From Deltaproteobacteria bacterium GWA2_38_16 (lineage in GTDB: Bacteria; Bdellovibrionota; JACOXK01; 2-02-FULL-40-11), in NCBI GenBank assembly GCA_001797335.1, contig MGPE01000006.1:65314-129313 (forward strand): DNA of 64,000 nucleotides, read 5' to 3'. Below are positions 9,095-17,119 of this stretch, one piece after another. The first letter of the stretch is position 1, and each line of letters begins with the position of its first letter. The notes under the pieces are model-generated. The model searched no databases. It saw nothing but the letters and a program-made list of their open reading frames with translations, and was not told the DNA's origin. The translations under genes were made by a program, and so were the position numbers.

Positions 9095-10154
9095 TATTGC
9101 CATTACTGGATTTCATGCTACCTGTGAACCCACTGCGGCACAACACATTGCCCATAGTCTTAAAACCTCTAGCCGATTTGGAAATTCTAAACTCATTGCT
9201 TTAAATTACGATATCAACTGCGGAGGAAATTTTAATCCAACCAGCATTGATGAAGTATATGTGCTTCCCTCTCCCTTCGATAACGAAGATCGCTTTTACC
9301 ACGCCCTGGTTAACATTCTTAAAAAAGCCAAAATTGATATTTTGATTCCAACGATGGATTTTGAACTTTCTTTATTCCCTCAATTTAAAGAACGCCTTTT
9401 AAAAGAGGGGGTAGATGTCATGATTGTCCTGCCTCAACAATATTATTTTCATAATAAACAAAAATTGTATCGCTTTTGCGAATCTCAAAAAATTCCTATG
9501 CCTTGGACAGTAGAAGTTATTAATCGCTATACCATTGATTATTATTCCCCCTATTTTATTTATCCACTTTTACTTAAAAACTCTAAGGGCCAAGAAATTT
9601 TTTGCTGCACATTAGAAGAGGTGTATGTTTTTTACCGTCGCCTTTTACGAGAACCCGCTAGCACCATTTATCTCCAAAACACTATCGGCGGTGAATTCTA
9701 CAGTGCATGTCTTTTGTTCGGAAAATCTTCAGAAATTTTAGGAAAAATTATTGTTAAAAGAATTCTTGTAGCTCCCAATGGAGAAACCTGGGGAGTATTA
9801 ACCGTCACCGCTCCCCCTTTACAAGCAGTTTTAGATAATCTTCTTTTTAAATTGGGGATTACCTATGAAGGGCCCCTTGAAATTAAATTTAAAAGAATTA
9901 TAGGTACCGATATTTTTTATATTACCGATCTTAAAACACAATTTCCAACGTGGGTGCATCTGGCCACCAAAGCAGGACAAAATCTTGTGGAAACATATCT
10001 AAAATTTATTTTGGGAGAATCTGTAGAAAAATTGGCTCCCTATCAACCCGGCATGATGCTTATTAAAAGCGCGTACGATCAGGTATCCCCCACAAATAAT
10101 TTAGGAAAACTCATTATGAAAGGAGAAATGACCTATGACAAAAAAGCAGCCTAG
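9081..10154 (+). CDS. ATP-grasp family ligase (paralog 2, divergent metal-binding motif)
   Basis: Collinear with paralog 1 along its full length (ITG..CTGNF.P..D(V/I)(I/L)IPT(L/M)D.E..LF..). The position equivalent to FYLIEINARFP reads FYITDLKTQFP, so the Asn of E-x-N is Lys. It overlaps its neighbours by 14 and 20 nt. Confidence 0.65.
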   Translation: MKTYNIAITGFHATCEPTAAQHIAHSLKTSSRFGNSKLIALNYDINCGGNFNPTSIDEVYVLPSPFDNEDRFYHALVNILKKAKIDILIPTMDFELSLFPQFKERLLKEGVDVMIVLPQQYYFHNKQKLYRFCESQKIPMPWTVEVINRYTIDYYSPYFIYPLLLKNSKGQEIFCCTLEEVYVFYRRLLREPASTIYLQNTIGGEFYSACLLFGKSSEILGKIIVKRILVAPNGETWGVLTVTAPPLQAVLDNLLFKLGITYEGPLEIKFKRIIGTDIFYITDLKTQFPTWVHLATKAGQNLVETYLKFILGESVEKLAPYQPGMMLIKSAYDQVSPTNNLGKLIMKGEMTYDKKAA

Positions 10155-11535
10155 TGATTTGCAAAAATATGAAAAACCTACCATTCAGCTTTTTTCTTTG
10201 CAAAATACAAGTCCTTATGAAGGGGTAAAATATAATGACGCTCTTCCCCAAGAAATTGATGGTGTTAATATTTTTACCATGCTTCAAAATTATGGGTCTC
10301 CTCTCTTTGTGATTTCTGAAAAAACATTACGAGAAAATTACAGATACATGGCTCAAACTTTTCAAAAACACTATGAAAAAACACACATCAGCTATTCCTA
10401 TAAAACCAATTATCTGTCTACGATTTGCGCTATTTTAAAAGAAGAAGGTGCCTGGTCAGAAGTTGTAAGCGGTATGGAATATGACATGGCCGAGCGACTG
10501 GGGGTTCCTGGAAATAATATCATTTTTAATGGCTGCTATAAAAAACCTCATGAACTTTTAAAAGCGGCGTTAGGAAATACGCTCATTAACATTGATTCTC
10601 ATGATGAAGCCATTCAATTAGAAAAAATTGCTTTAAAACTTAAAAAGAAAATTCCCGTTGGTATCCGAATTAATATGCGTCTTTCCAATATGCCCTGGAA
10701 TAAATTCGGTTTTAATTTGGAATCTGGCCAAGCCTATGAAATGTGTAAACGTATTTACACCTCTCAACTTCTAGAAGTACGTGGCATTCATGCTCATATT
10801 GGAACCTATATTGCAGATCCTTTTTTGTATACGCAAGCTACTCGAGCTCTCGTACGATTTGCCCAATTTATCGAAGAGCAATGCAATTTTAAAATTGAAT
10901 ATTTTGATTTAGGGGGAGGATTTCCTTCTCCCAATACCCTTCAGCAACAATTCCTACCTGCATCGTATCTCATCCCAAATATCGAAGAATATGCAAAAGC
11001 CATCTGTGGCCCTTTGAAAGAGTTCAAATCTCGTCATGGGATTAAACCAACGTTATTTTTGGAACCTGGACGAGCTCTTGTGGATAGCGCCATGACCTGT
11101 CTTACAACCGTGGTGGCCCATAAAACCATTGCTCAGAGTGTTCAAGGCATCATTATTGATACGGGAGTCAATATTCTTCCCACAGCCTATTGGTACGATC
11201 ATGATATTTCCTGCGCGACAAAGAGTGCGATGTCCAGACAAGACACTGTTATTTTTGGGCCTCTTTGCATGCAAATTGATGTGGTAAGAAAGTATATTAA
11301 ACTTCCTCCTCTTCAACGCGGAGATATTTTAATTATTAAAAATACGGGGGCTTATAACACTACTCAATCCATGCAGTTTATTTATACACGACCGGCCATC
11401 GTCCTTATTCATGACGGCCAAGTAGAAGTGGTTAAAAAAGCCGAAACCCTAGATGACATTCAACGCTTAGAAGAACTTCCCGAACGATTAAAAAACAATG
11501 TCATGCCGTTTCAAAAAGAGAAAAAAGCAGCCTAA
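10135..11535 (+). CDS. PLP-dependent decarboxylase, alanine-racemase fold (Orn/DAP/Arg decarboxylase family)
   Basis: YSYKTN (PLP-Lys), SEVVSGMEYDMA, FDLGGGFPS, EPGRALV, GAYNTTQSMQF: the canonical fold-III decarboxylase motifs. Confidence 0.8.
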   Translation: MTKKQPSDLQKYEKPTIQLFSLQNTSPYEGVKYNDALPQEIDGVNIFTMLQNYGSPLFVISEKTLRENYRYMAQTFQKHYEKTHISYSYKTNYLSTICAILKEEGAWSEVVSGMEYDMAERLGVPGNNIIFNGCYKKPHELLKAALGNTLINIDSHDEAIQLEKIALKLKKKIPVGIRINMRLSNMPWNKFGFNLESGQAYEMCKRIYTSQLLEVRGIHAHIGTYIADPFLYTQATRALVRFAQFIEEQCNFKIEYFDLGGGFPSPNTLQQQFLPASYLIPNIEEYAKAICGPLKEFKSRHGIKPTLFLEPGRALVDSAMTCLTTVVAHKTIAQSVQGIIIDTGVNILPTAYWYDHDISCATKSAMSRQDTVIFGPLCMQIDVVRKYIKLPPLQRGDILIIKNTGAYNTTQSMQFIYTRPAIVLIHDGQVEVVKKAETLDDIQRLEELPERLKNNVMPFQKEKKAA

Positions 11536-12621
11536 ATGAAACCAGATTTTTTAGATTTTAACCATTATGAACAATCTGTGTGGAGTAATCCTCTGATCCG
11601 CTTTATCGACACTATCCTAAGAGGGATGGCCCAAATGTTATTTTGCTACCACCCTATTTCTGGACTTTTATTTTTAATTGGAACTTTCGCCCTCTCTCCA
11701 GTAGCAGGAATGTATTCGCTACTAGGTCTCATGATAGCCACACTTACCGCTCGATTTTTAAAATGCAATCCTTACCTTATTAACATTGGTATTTATGGAT
11801 ATAATGCCGCTCTTTTAGGAATATATTGGATTTTTTTTGACACTTTTTCCATTTCTCTTCTTTTTTTATTTATCGGCATGTGTATTCTAACCGTTTTTTT
11901 AGAGCACTTCTTCTTAGTAAAAGTATCTTCTAGCCGATGGGGACTTCCGGCCATTAGTTTTCCCTCACTTTTTTCGATGTGGATAGGGGTTAGTCTTGCC
12001 TATCTTTTTAAACTCGTTCCCTATCCCATTTCTATTGATAGGTTAGAAGTCACCACCATTAATTTTTTTGCAAATCCAGATTATGAACTTTTAGGAACCT
12101 ACTTATGGGATCATCTGGGAGGAATTATTCTTATTGCCATGGGGATTCTTTATAATTCTAGAATTAGTTTTTTCTTTACAGCCATTTCTTTTACTCTAGC
12201 CACCGTCATTTCTCTTTTTTTAGGAGGGAATTCTTTACCTTACTGGAATGATATTTATTACAATTTAGTTCCTATGAGCATTGCTCTTGGAGGATTTTAT
12301 TTTGTGTTTAATAAACACATCATTTTTTATACTTTTTTAGCCATGATCCTAACTACCACTTTGTTTTACGGTATGCACAATTTCTTTCATTCCTTTGGAT
12401 TTCCTACCTTAATCTATCCTTTTAATATGGTTGTTTTTGCCGTATTGTGTGTTTTTGCCAAAGGAAGTTTATCCTTTGAAAAATTTTTTAATGCTTATCG
12501 AGTCCCTCTGATCGTATGTAAAAGACCCGAATCAATTCTTCAGTGGCACCAAGAACACATGGAGTCTTATCATTATTGGAATAACTTAAACTCCCAACAA
12601 AATAGAAAGGCGGCCGCATGA
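11536..12621 (+). CDS. Polytopic membrane protein resembling the urea-transporter (UT) family
   Basis: ~10 TM segments. ILRGMAQMLFCYHPISGLLFLIG and IGIYGYNAALLG resemble the UT signature blocks (LRG..Q..F..NP.SGL, GLYGYN..LVG). It starts immediately after the decarboxylase stop. Confidence 0.5.
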   Translation: MKPDFLDFNHYEQSVWSNPLIRFIDTILRGMAQMLFCYHPISGLLFLIGTFALSPVAGMYSLLGLMIATLTARFLKCNPYLINIGIYGYNAALLGIYWIFFDTFSISLLFLFIGMCILTVFLEHFFLVKVSSSRWGLPAISFPSLFSMWIGVSLAYLFKLVPYPISIDRLEVTTINFFANPDYELLGTYLWDHLGGIILIAMGILYNSRISFFFTAISFTLATVISLFLGGNSLPYWNDIYYNLVPMSIALGGFYFVFNKHIIFYTFLAMILTTTLFYGMHNFFHSFGFPTLIYPFNMVVFAVLCVFAKGSLSFEKFFNAYRVPLIVCKRPESILQWHQEHMESYHYWNNLNSQQNRKAAA

Positions 12622-13430
12622 ATAATGATACTTTAAATACCATTATAAATCTTATATTAAAATCACAAAACATTGTTTTTCTCACGGGCTCTGGAGTAAG
12701 CACGACTTCGGGCATCCCTGATTACCGAGGGAAAACCAGTGCTTATTGGAAAAAATATGAGGGCAATGAATATAACTATCAAAATTTTTTAAGAAGTGAA
12801 AATTCCAGACAAAAATATTGGGAAATGAGCGCAGATTTTTTTAATATGATTCAAAAAGCAACCCCTTCAATAGCTCACAAGGCTCTGGCCGAGCTTGAAA
12901 AATGTGGTGCTTTGCAATCTATCATCACTCAAAATGTCGATGGCTTACATCAAAAAGCAGGAAATCTTCCTGCCAATATTTTAGAAATTCATGGAACCAT
13001 TCATCATGTTATTTGTTTGGATTGTTCCACCGTCTATCAGAGTAAAGACATCTATGGAAGAATTCAAAAAGGGATTAAGGTTCCCTACTGTGATTATTGT
13101 CGAGGAATCTTAAAACCAGCGGTCATTGATTTTGGACAACCGCTTCCAAAAGCCCAAATGGCAAAAGCGTTAAAAAGAACTCTAGACTGTGACCTTTTTA
13201 TTGCTGTTGGATCTTCTCTCATTATTCAACCGGCTGCCACCCTTCCCATTATTGCAAAAGAACACCAAAAAACCGTGGTTATTATCAATGACATGTCCAC
13301 GGTCTGTGACCAATATGCCAATCACATTATCCATGGCGAATGCGGTGATATTTTATCTAAGATGGTAAGTGAATTAAAACAAAAACGTCCCGTTCAAGAA
13401 CCTTCTTTTGTCTATAGTCAAACTGGCTGA
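12618..13430 (+). CDS. Sir2-family NAD-dependent protein deacylase (sirtuin, CobB-like)
   Basis: GSGVSTTSGIPDYRG, TQNVDGLHQKAG, catalytic His in EIHGT, zinc ribbon CLDC..CDYC. 4-nt ATGA overlap with the upstream gene. Confidence 0.8.
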   Translation: MNNDTLNTIINLILKSQNIVFLTGSGVSTTSGIPDYRGKTSAYWKKYEGNEYNYQNFLRSENSRQKYWEMSADFFNMIQKATPSIAHKALAELEKCGALQSIITQNVDGLHQKAGNLPANILEIHGTIHHVICLDCSTVYQSKDIYGRIQKGIKVPYCDYCRGILKPAVIDFGQPLPKAQMAKALKRTLDCDLFIAVGSSLIIQPAATLPIIAKEHQKTVVIINDMSTVCDQYANHIIHGECGDILSKMVSELKQKRPVQEPSFVYSQTG

Positions 13431-14521
13431 TGACCTCTCATCGACATATCTCTCTTGATGCCTTACGGGGTCTAGTCGTCGTTTTGATGGCCTTGGATCA
13501 CGTTCAATTTTTTTGGTTTTCTTTTGGACTCCCTAACGATGGCCTTCATGGACTTATTCCCCAATATCTGTCTTCTTTTCATCAACTAACTCGATTTTTA
13601 AGTCATCTCTGTGCTCCTACTTTTCTTTTTTTAGCAGGCATGATGGTTGCTTGGAAAAAAGATCCAAAACATATTTTTATTCGAGGGATAATCCTCATTT
13701 TCTTGCAATTTACATTGGAAAATATTGCCTGGTGGCCCAAAGGATATATTGAAAACAAAGGATATGCATATTTTGGAATTCTTTCATGCTTAGGGGTTGG
13801 CATGTGCATGTTGGCGCTTTTGTCTTCTGTAAGGCCCCTATTTATATTTATCATAAGCATATTCATTTTCTTCCTCTCCCAGGCCATAGTAAATCCAATG
13901 GTTCCTAATGCCCATCCCTTCTTACAGGGATTGGCCATCATTTTCTATGTACCCACATTAGAGAAATTTTATCCTATGACATCCTTATTTACGGTTATCC
14001 CCTGGGTGGGATTTATGGGCATTGGATATTATATAGGCACAAAAACATTAAACCATCCTTTATACCTTTATAAAAAAACATTTGGGATCGTGGGGCTTAT
14101 ACTTATTATCACCTCTAGCGTACTTCGTTATATGAATGGTTTTGGAAACACCCTTCACTGGTATGGAAGTCCTTTTGGATCAGATTTTTTTATTCTCTCC
14201 AAGTACCCACCCAGTCTTGTATTTAGTGGATTTATCCTGGGAATAATGTTTTTAATTTGGGCCCTTTTTATACACACTGAATCAAAATTCAGCCGATGGA
14301 ACCCTCTCGTTGTTTTTGGACAGGTGGCCTTATTCTTTTATCTCGTACATCTCTATCTTTATGGATTAGGGGCTTACATCGTAGGGCACACTGTGGGGCT
14401 TACTCATCTCTCACACATCTGGGGTATTTGGTTTTTGGGACTTATCCCTCTTTATTTTCTCTGTGCTTTCTATAGAAATCTAAAAACTACTTCTCCAACT
14501 ACTTGGATAAGGTATATATAA
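13430..14521 (+). CDS. DUF1624 / acyltransferase-3-like integral membrane protein (HGSNAT-like)
   Basis: N-terminus HISLDALRGLVVVLMALDHV matches the DUF1624 start motif. ~9 TM helices. Its start overlaps the sirtuin stop by 1 nt. Confidence 0.5.
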   Translation: MTSHRHISLDALRGLVVVLMALDHVQFFWFSFGLPNDGLHGLIPQYLSSFHQLTRFLSHLCAPTFLFLAGMMVAWKKDPKHIFIRGIILIFLQFTLENIAWWPKGYIENKGYAYFGILSCLGVGMCMLALLSSVRPLFIFIISIFIFFLSQAIVNPMVPNAHPFLQGLAIIFYVPTLEKFYPMTSLFTVIPWVGFMGIGYYIGTKTLNHPLYLYKKTFGIVGLILIITSSVLRYMNGFGNTLHWYGSPFGSDFFILSKYPPSLVFSGFILGIMFLIWALFIHTESKFSRWNPLVVFGQVALFFYLVHLYLYGLGAYIVGHTVGLTHLSHIWGIWFLGLIPLYFLCAFYRNLKTTSPTTWIRYI

Positions 14522-15347
14522 AAGTAAATTTACCACGATCGGTCTCAATTTCTTTTTCAAAATCTTGACCATAGTCGGCATCTTTAATCGTTGCTAAATC
14601 AATTGTTCCCACCAAAAGATTTTCTGATGGATAGGTAATATAAATCTCATATGTCTGCCCTAAGGGAATAGAATTAAAAGAAGTCGCTACGGTATGCAAA
14701 TCATCACTATAAGGAAAATAAGAACTCCCTACAGCAATAGCAGTATCTTCTCCCTCTGCTCTTATTTCAGCGCCGCTATTTCCTTCTGCAGTAAAGTCTT
14801 GAAAAACCACCATTGCTTCTATATTCACTTTTGGAGCATTGGGATCAATTTCTATCATTGCCGCAGTGGGAGGCTCGGTTCGATTATCCATCATAATAAG
14901 AACATCATTTTTAACTCCTGTTAAATCAATCGTTCCTACTTTTTCTGATAAACTTTGAGCCCCACCTGTTACATAAATGTCATATCGTTTTCCAGATTCC
15001 ATATCATTAAACTTCATAAGCACCTTGGATTCATCTGGATAACTATTGGCATATCCATGCGTCACTTCTTCACTCCCTTCTTCAGCAATTTTAGAACCAT
15101 TAATAGCATCTATTCGGATATTAAAATTATCTGGAAGATAGAGTTTCATCTTTATATTAATAATTTGGGGGCTTGAGCTTGAAGAACTATCGACAATTTG
15201 AGTGGAATTGGTTTGAGTATTAGAACTTGTAGTCCCACCACTCCCTCCTCCGCCGCCACCTCCACCACCACAGGCACTTAATAACAGTAGGGAAATAATC
15301 AGAACTTTTTTGAGATCCACAAACGTTCCTCCTCTGATTTTAATCAA
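14499..15347 (-). CDS. Lipoprotein with poly-Gly linker, function unknown
   Basis: Signal peptide plus lipobox LLSACGGGGGGGGGSGG. It converges on and overlaps the end of the plus-strand operon by 23 nt. Confidence 0.55.
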   Translation of the reverse strand: MIKIRGGTFVDLKKVLIISLLLLSACGGGGGGGGGSGGTTSSNTQTNSTQIVDSSSSSSPQIINIKMKLYLPDNFNIRIDAINGSKIAEEGSEEVTHGYANSYPDESKVLMKFNDMESGKRYDIYVTGGAQSLSEKVGTIDLTGVKNDVLIMMDNRTEPPTAAMIEIDPNAPKVNIEAMVVFQDFTAEGNSGAEIRAEGEDTAIAVGSSYFPYSDDLHTVATSFNSIPLGQTYEIYITYPSENLLVGTIDLATIKDADYGQDFEKEIETDRGKFTFIYTLSK

Positions 15348-15390
15348 ATCTTAATATTTTACTTTGTCTCTTATCTTTAATTTTATAAGC

Positions 15391-16758
15391 CTATCCCCAA
15401 AATGTCAAAATCACTCCCTTTAAACATAAAAAAATTAAAAGAAGTGAAAGAAAAGATATCCCATACTTGAGAGCCCGGGTAAAAACAGTAGGTTTATCCG
15501 TATAGTCAGAAATCACATAGTGCATATCGAGTTCTAAGAGAGGATTTAAATTAATTAACCCAATCACGTAGGAACACAGCGCCACTATCCAACAATTTAC
15601 ACAACCAGTTATCCCTCCTATCCATGCAAAAACGGCTGAAAACACAAAGTGGCTATAAGGACCTGAGAGAGACACCACCATTCTGGGCCATTTGGGTAAA
15701 AGCCACATATCTGATGTATCGACAAACACCATGGGACTTATCCAATGCCACCCAAACCCCATGCCATACACTTTTCGACCATAGCTTTTGGTTGCAAAAG
15801 CATGCGCCATCTCGTGGATCAAAAATGAAAGCAGCACTCCCCCAAAAACGATGGGAAGGGAAAAAGACGCATTTTCTTTTAGAAGATCCATCATAGATTT
15901 CCAGCGCAGAATAAATATCCCTATCCCACTGATTGAAAACAAGGTTAAGACCACAAACGCTTTCGTCGTAAAAAAAATCTTAAAACCAGAATTATAAATT
16001 TTAGTGAGTATAGGGTCCACATTTTTAAAAATAACCGTTGCCGTAAGACATCTTTTAATCCCTAGCATTATTTTTTGAAGCCAGCTCATTCGAAAAGCAA
16101 TGGCTGTTACATCTTTTTTTAAAAACCGCTTCTTTAAAAAACCTTTCGCTTCTAGCCCAGCGATAACATCGGCAATTTGATGGGGGGCAAAGGTCTTAAA
16201 TTTAGCCAGATATTCTAAAGTTAAATCTTTCAAATGATGTTTTCCGTCTAAAAGTTGCCAAATAAACCATCCTTCAGAAGACAGTCGATAGTAGGCCTGT
16301 GTCAGGGGATTTTTTAAAATCGTCATCGTACGTCCCTCTTCTAGATATTGCTCTACATCGACATTGGAGAGTCTCTTGGGGCGACTTCTTAGAGTGAGTA
16401 ATTCGATAATCTGACTTGAAATTGTGTTATCAAAACCCAATAATTCTAATAACTCTTTGCGCTTTAAAATAATAACGGTGGATTTTTCCACTGTTTTTAC
16501 AGAGGCATTCCGAGGGGCACCGGTTAAGAGAGCCGCTTCTCCAAACACACTTCCGGGACCGAGCGTTGCCAATACTCTATCGTTTGAAACTTCGCGAAGG
16601 ATAACTTCAACACTTCCACTTAAAAGAACATAGCACACATCTCCCCGCTCATTTTGCCGGATAATTTCAATATGGGCAGGAAATGTTTTTTGTTCAAGTC
16701 GCTCTAAAAAAGAGTGAGAGGCCTGCTTTAAAATCTCAGGAAGAGGAGAAAGAATCAC
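15391..16758 (-). CDS. Cyclic-nucleotide-binding domain fused to an M50 (site-2 protease) intramembrane zinc metalloprotease
   Basis: N-terminal cNMP-binding fold (..GDVCYVLLSGSVEV..GPGSVFGEAALLTG.PRNASV). Then TM segments carrying HEMAHAF (HExxH) and NLNPLLELD (M50 N-x2-P-x4-D motif). GTG start overlaps the upstream small ORF stop (GTGA). Confidence 0.7.
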   Translation of the reverse strand: MILSPLPEILKQASHSFLERLEQKTFPAHIEIIRQNERGDVCYVLLSGSVEVILREVSNDRVLATLGPGSVFGEAALLTGAPRNASVKTVEKSTVIILKRKELLELLGFDNTISSQIIELLTLRSRPKRLSNVDVEQYLEEGRTMTILKNPLTQAYYRLSSEGWFIWQLLDGKHHLKDLTLEYLAKFKTFAPHQIADVIAGLEAKGFLKKRFLKKDVTAIAFRMSWLQKIMLGIKRCLTATVIFKNVDPILTKIYNSGFKIFFTTKAFVVLTLFSISGIGIFILRWKSMMDLLKENASFSLPIVFGGVLLSFLIHEMAHAFATKSYGRKVYGMGFGWHWISPMVFVDTSDMWLLPKWPRMVVSLSGPYSHFVFSAVFAWIGGITGCVNCWIVALCSYVIGLINLNPLLELDMHYVISDYTDKPTVFTRALKYGISFLSLLLIFLCLKGVILTFWG

Positions 16759-16955
16759 GCGCCTTTATTAATACGTGATTTTAACTCTTCATCGGATAAG
16801 GACCAATCAACGTGATTTAATAAATCCATTTCTTCTTTGGTAAGCCGAATGCCGCTCGTTTGAACAGCACTCTTTGGATCTTTTCGAATCAGCTCTCTAA
16901 ATTTTTTGTCATTAATCCATTTATCAATCAATTTCCCCACTTCTTGCATACCCAT
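16755..16955 (-). CDS. 66-aa NHLP/Nif11-like leader-type peptide without a core (copy 1)
   Basis: ..KLIDKWINDKKFRELIRKDPKSAVQTSGIRL..LSDEELKSRINKGA matches the nitrile-hydratase-leader-peptide pattern (LI.KAW.D..F..EL..NPK.A....G..L......LSDEEL...) but terminates where the GG/core would start. Good RBS (aaaggag). Confidence 0.5.
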   Translation of the reverse strand: MGMQEVGKLIDKWINDKKFRELIRKDPKSAVQTSGIRLTKEEMDLLNHVDWSLSDEELKSRINKGA

Positions 16956-16976
16956 ATGTTTTCTCCTTTTGTTGTC

Positions 16977-16997
16977 ATTCCCGCCAAGAGCGGGAAT
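16977..16997 (-). promoter_or_regulatory. 8-bp-stem hairpin in the 5' UTR of peptide copy 1
   Basis: attcccgc-caaga-gcgggaat perfect inverted repeat between the conserved upstream motif and the RBS. Absent from copy 2. Confidence 0.3.
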
Positions 16998-17045
16998 CTA
17001 TGTTGAATGATGACACTTAAAAAGCAGAATACTTAATTGAACCTA

Positions 17046-17066
17046 TCTTTTTCAATACATTTTTCG
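17046..17066 (-). promoter_or_regulatory. Conserved upstream promoter-like motif shared by both peptide copies (copy 1)
   Basis: Minus-strand reading cgaaaaatgtaTTGAAA-N17-GTATTCT. The same block recurs at 18875-18897 upstream of copy 2. Confidence 0.35.
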
Positions 17067-17119
17067 CCTCGCCTTCCCCCAGTTTTAAGGATTATGAAAT
17101 GCAATCTTTTTACTAAAAT

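Noticed and set aside
12618-13430. Sir2 domain as a Thoeris/DSR-type anti-phage NADase
   Set aside because: The protein is a compact 270-aa canonical sirtuin with zinc ribbon and catalytic His, with no SLOG/TIR/partner genes. It is embedded in a biosynthetic-looking operon rather than a defence island.
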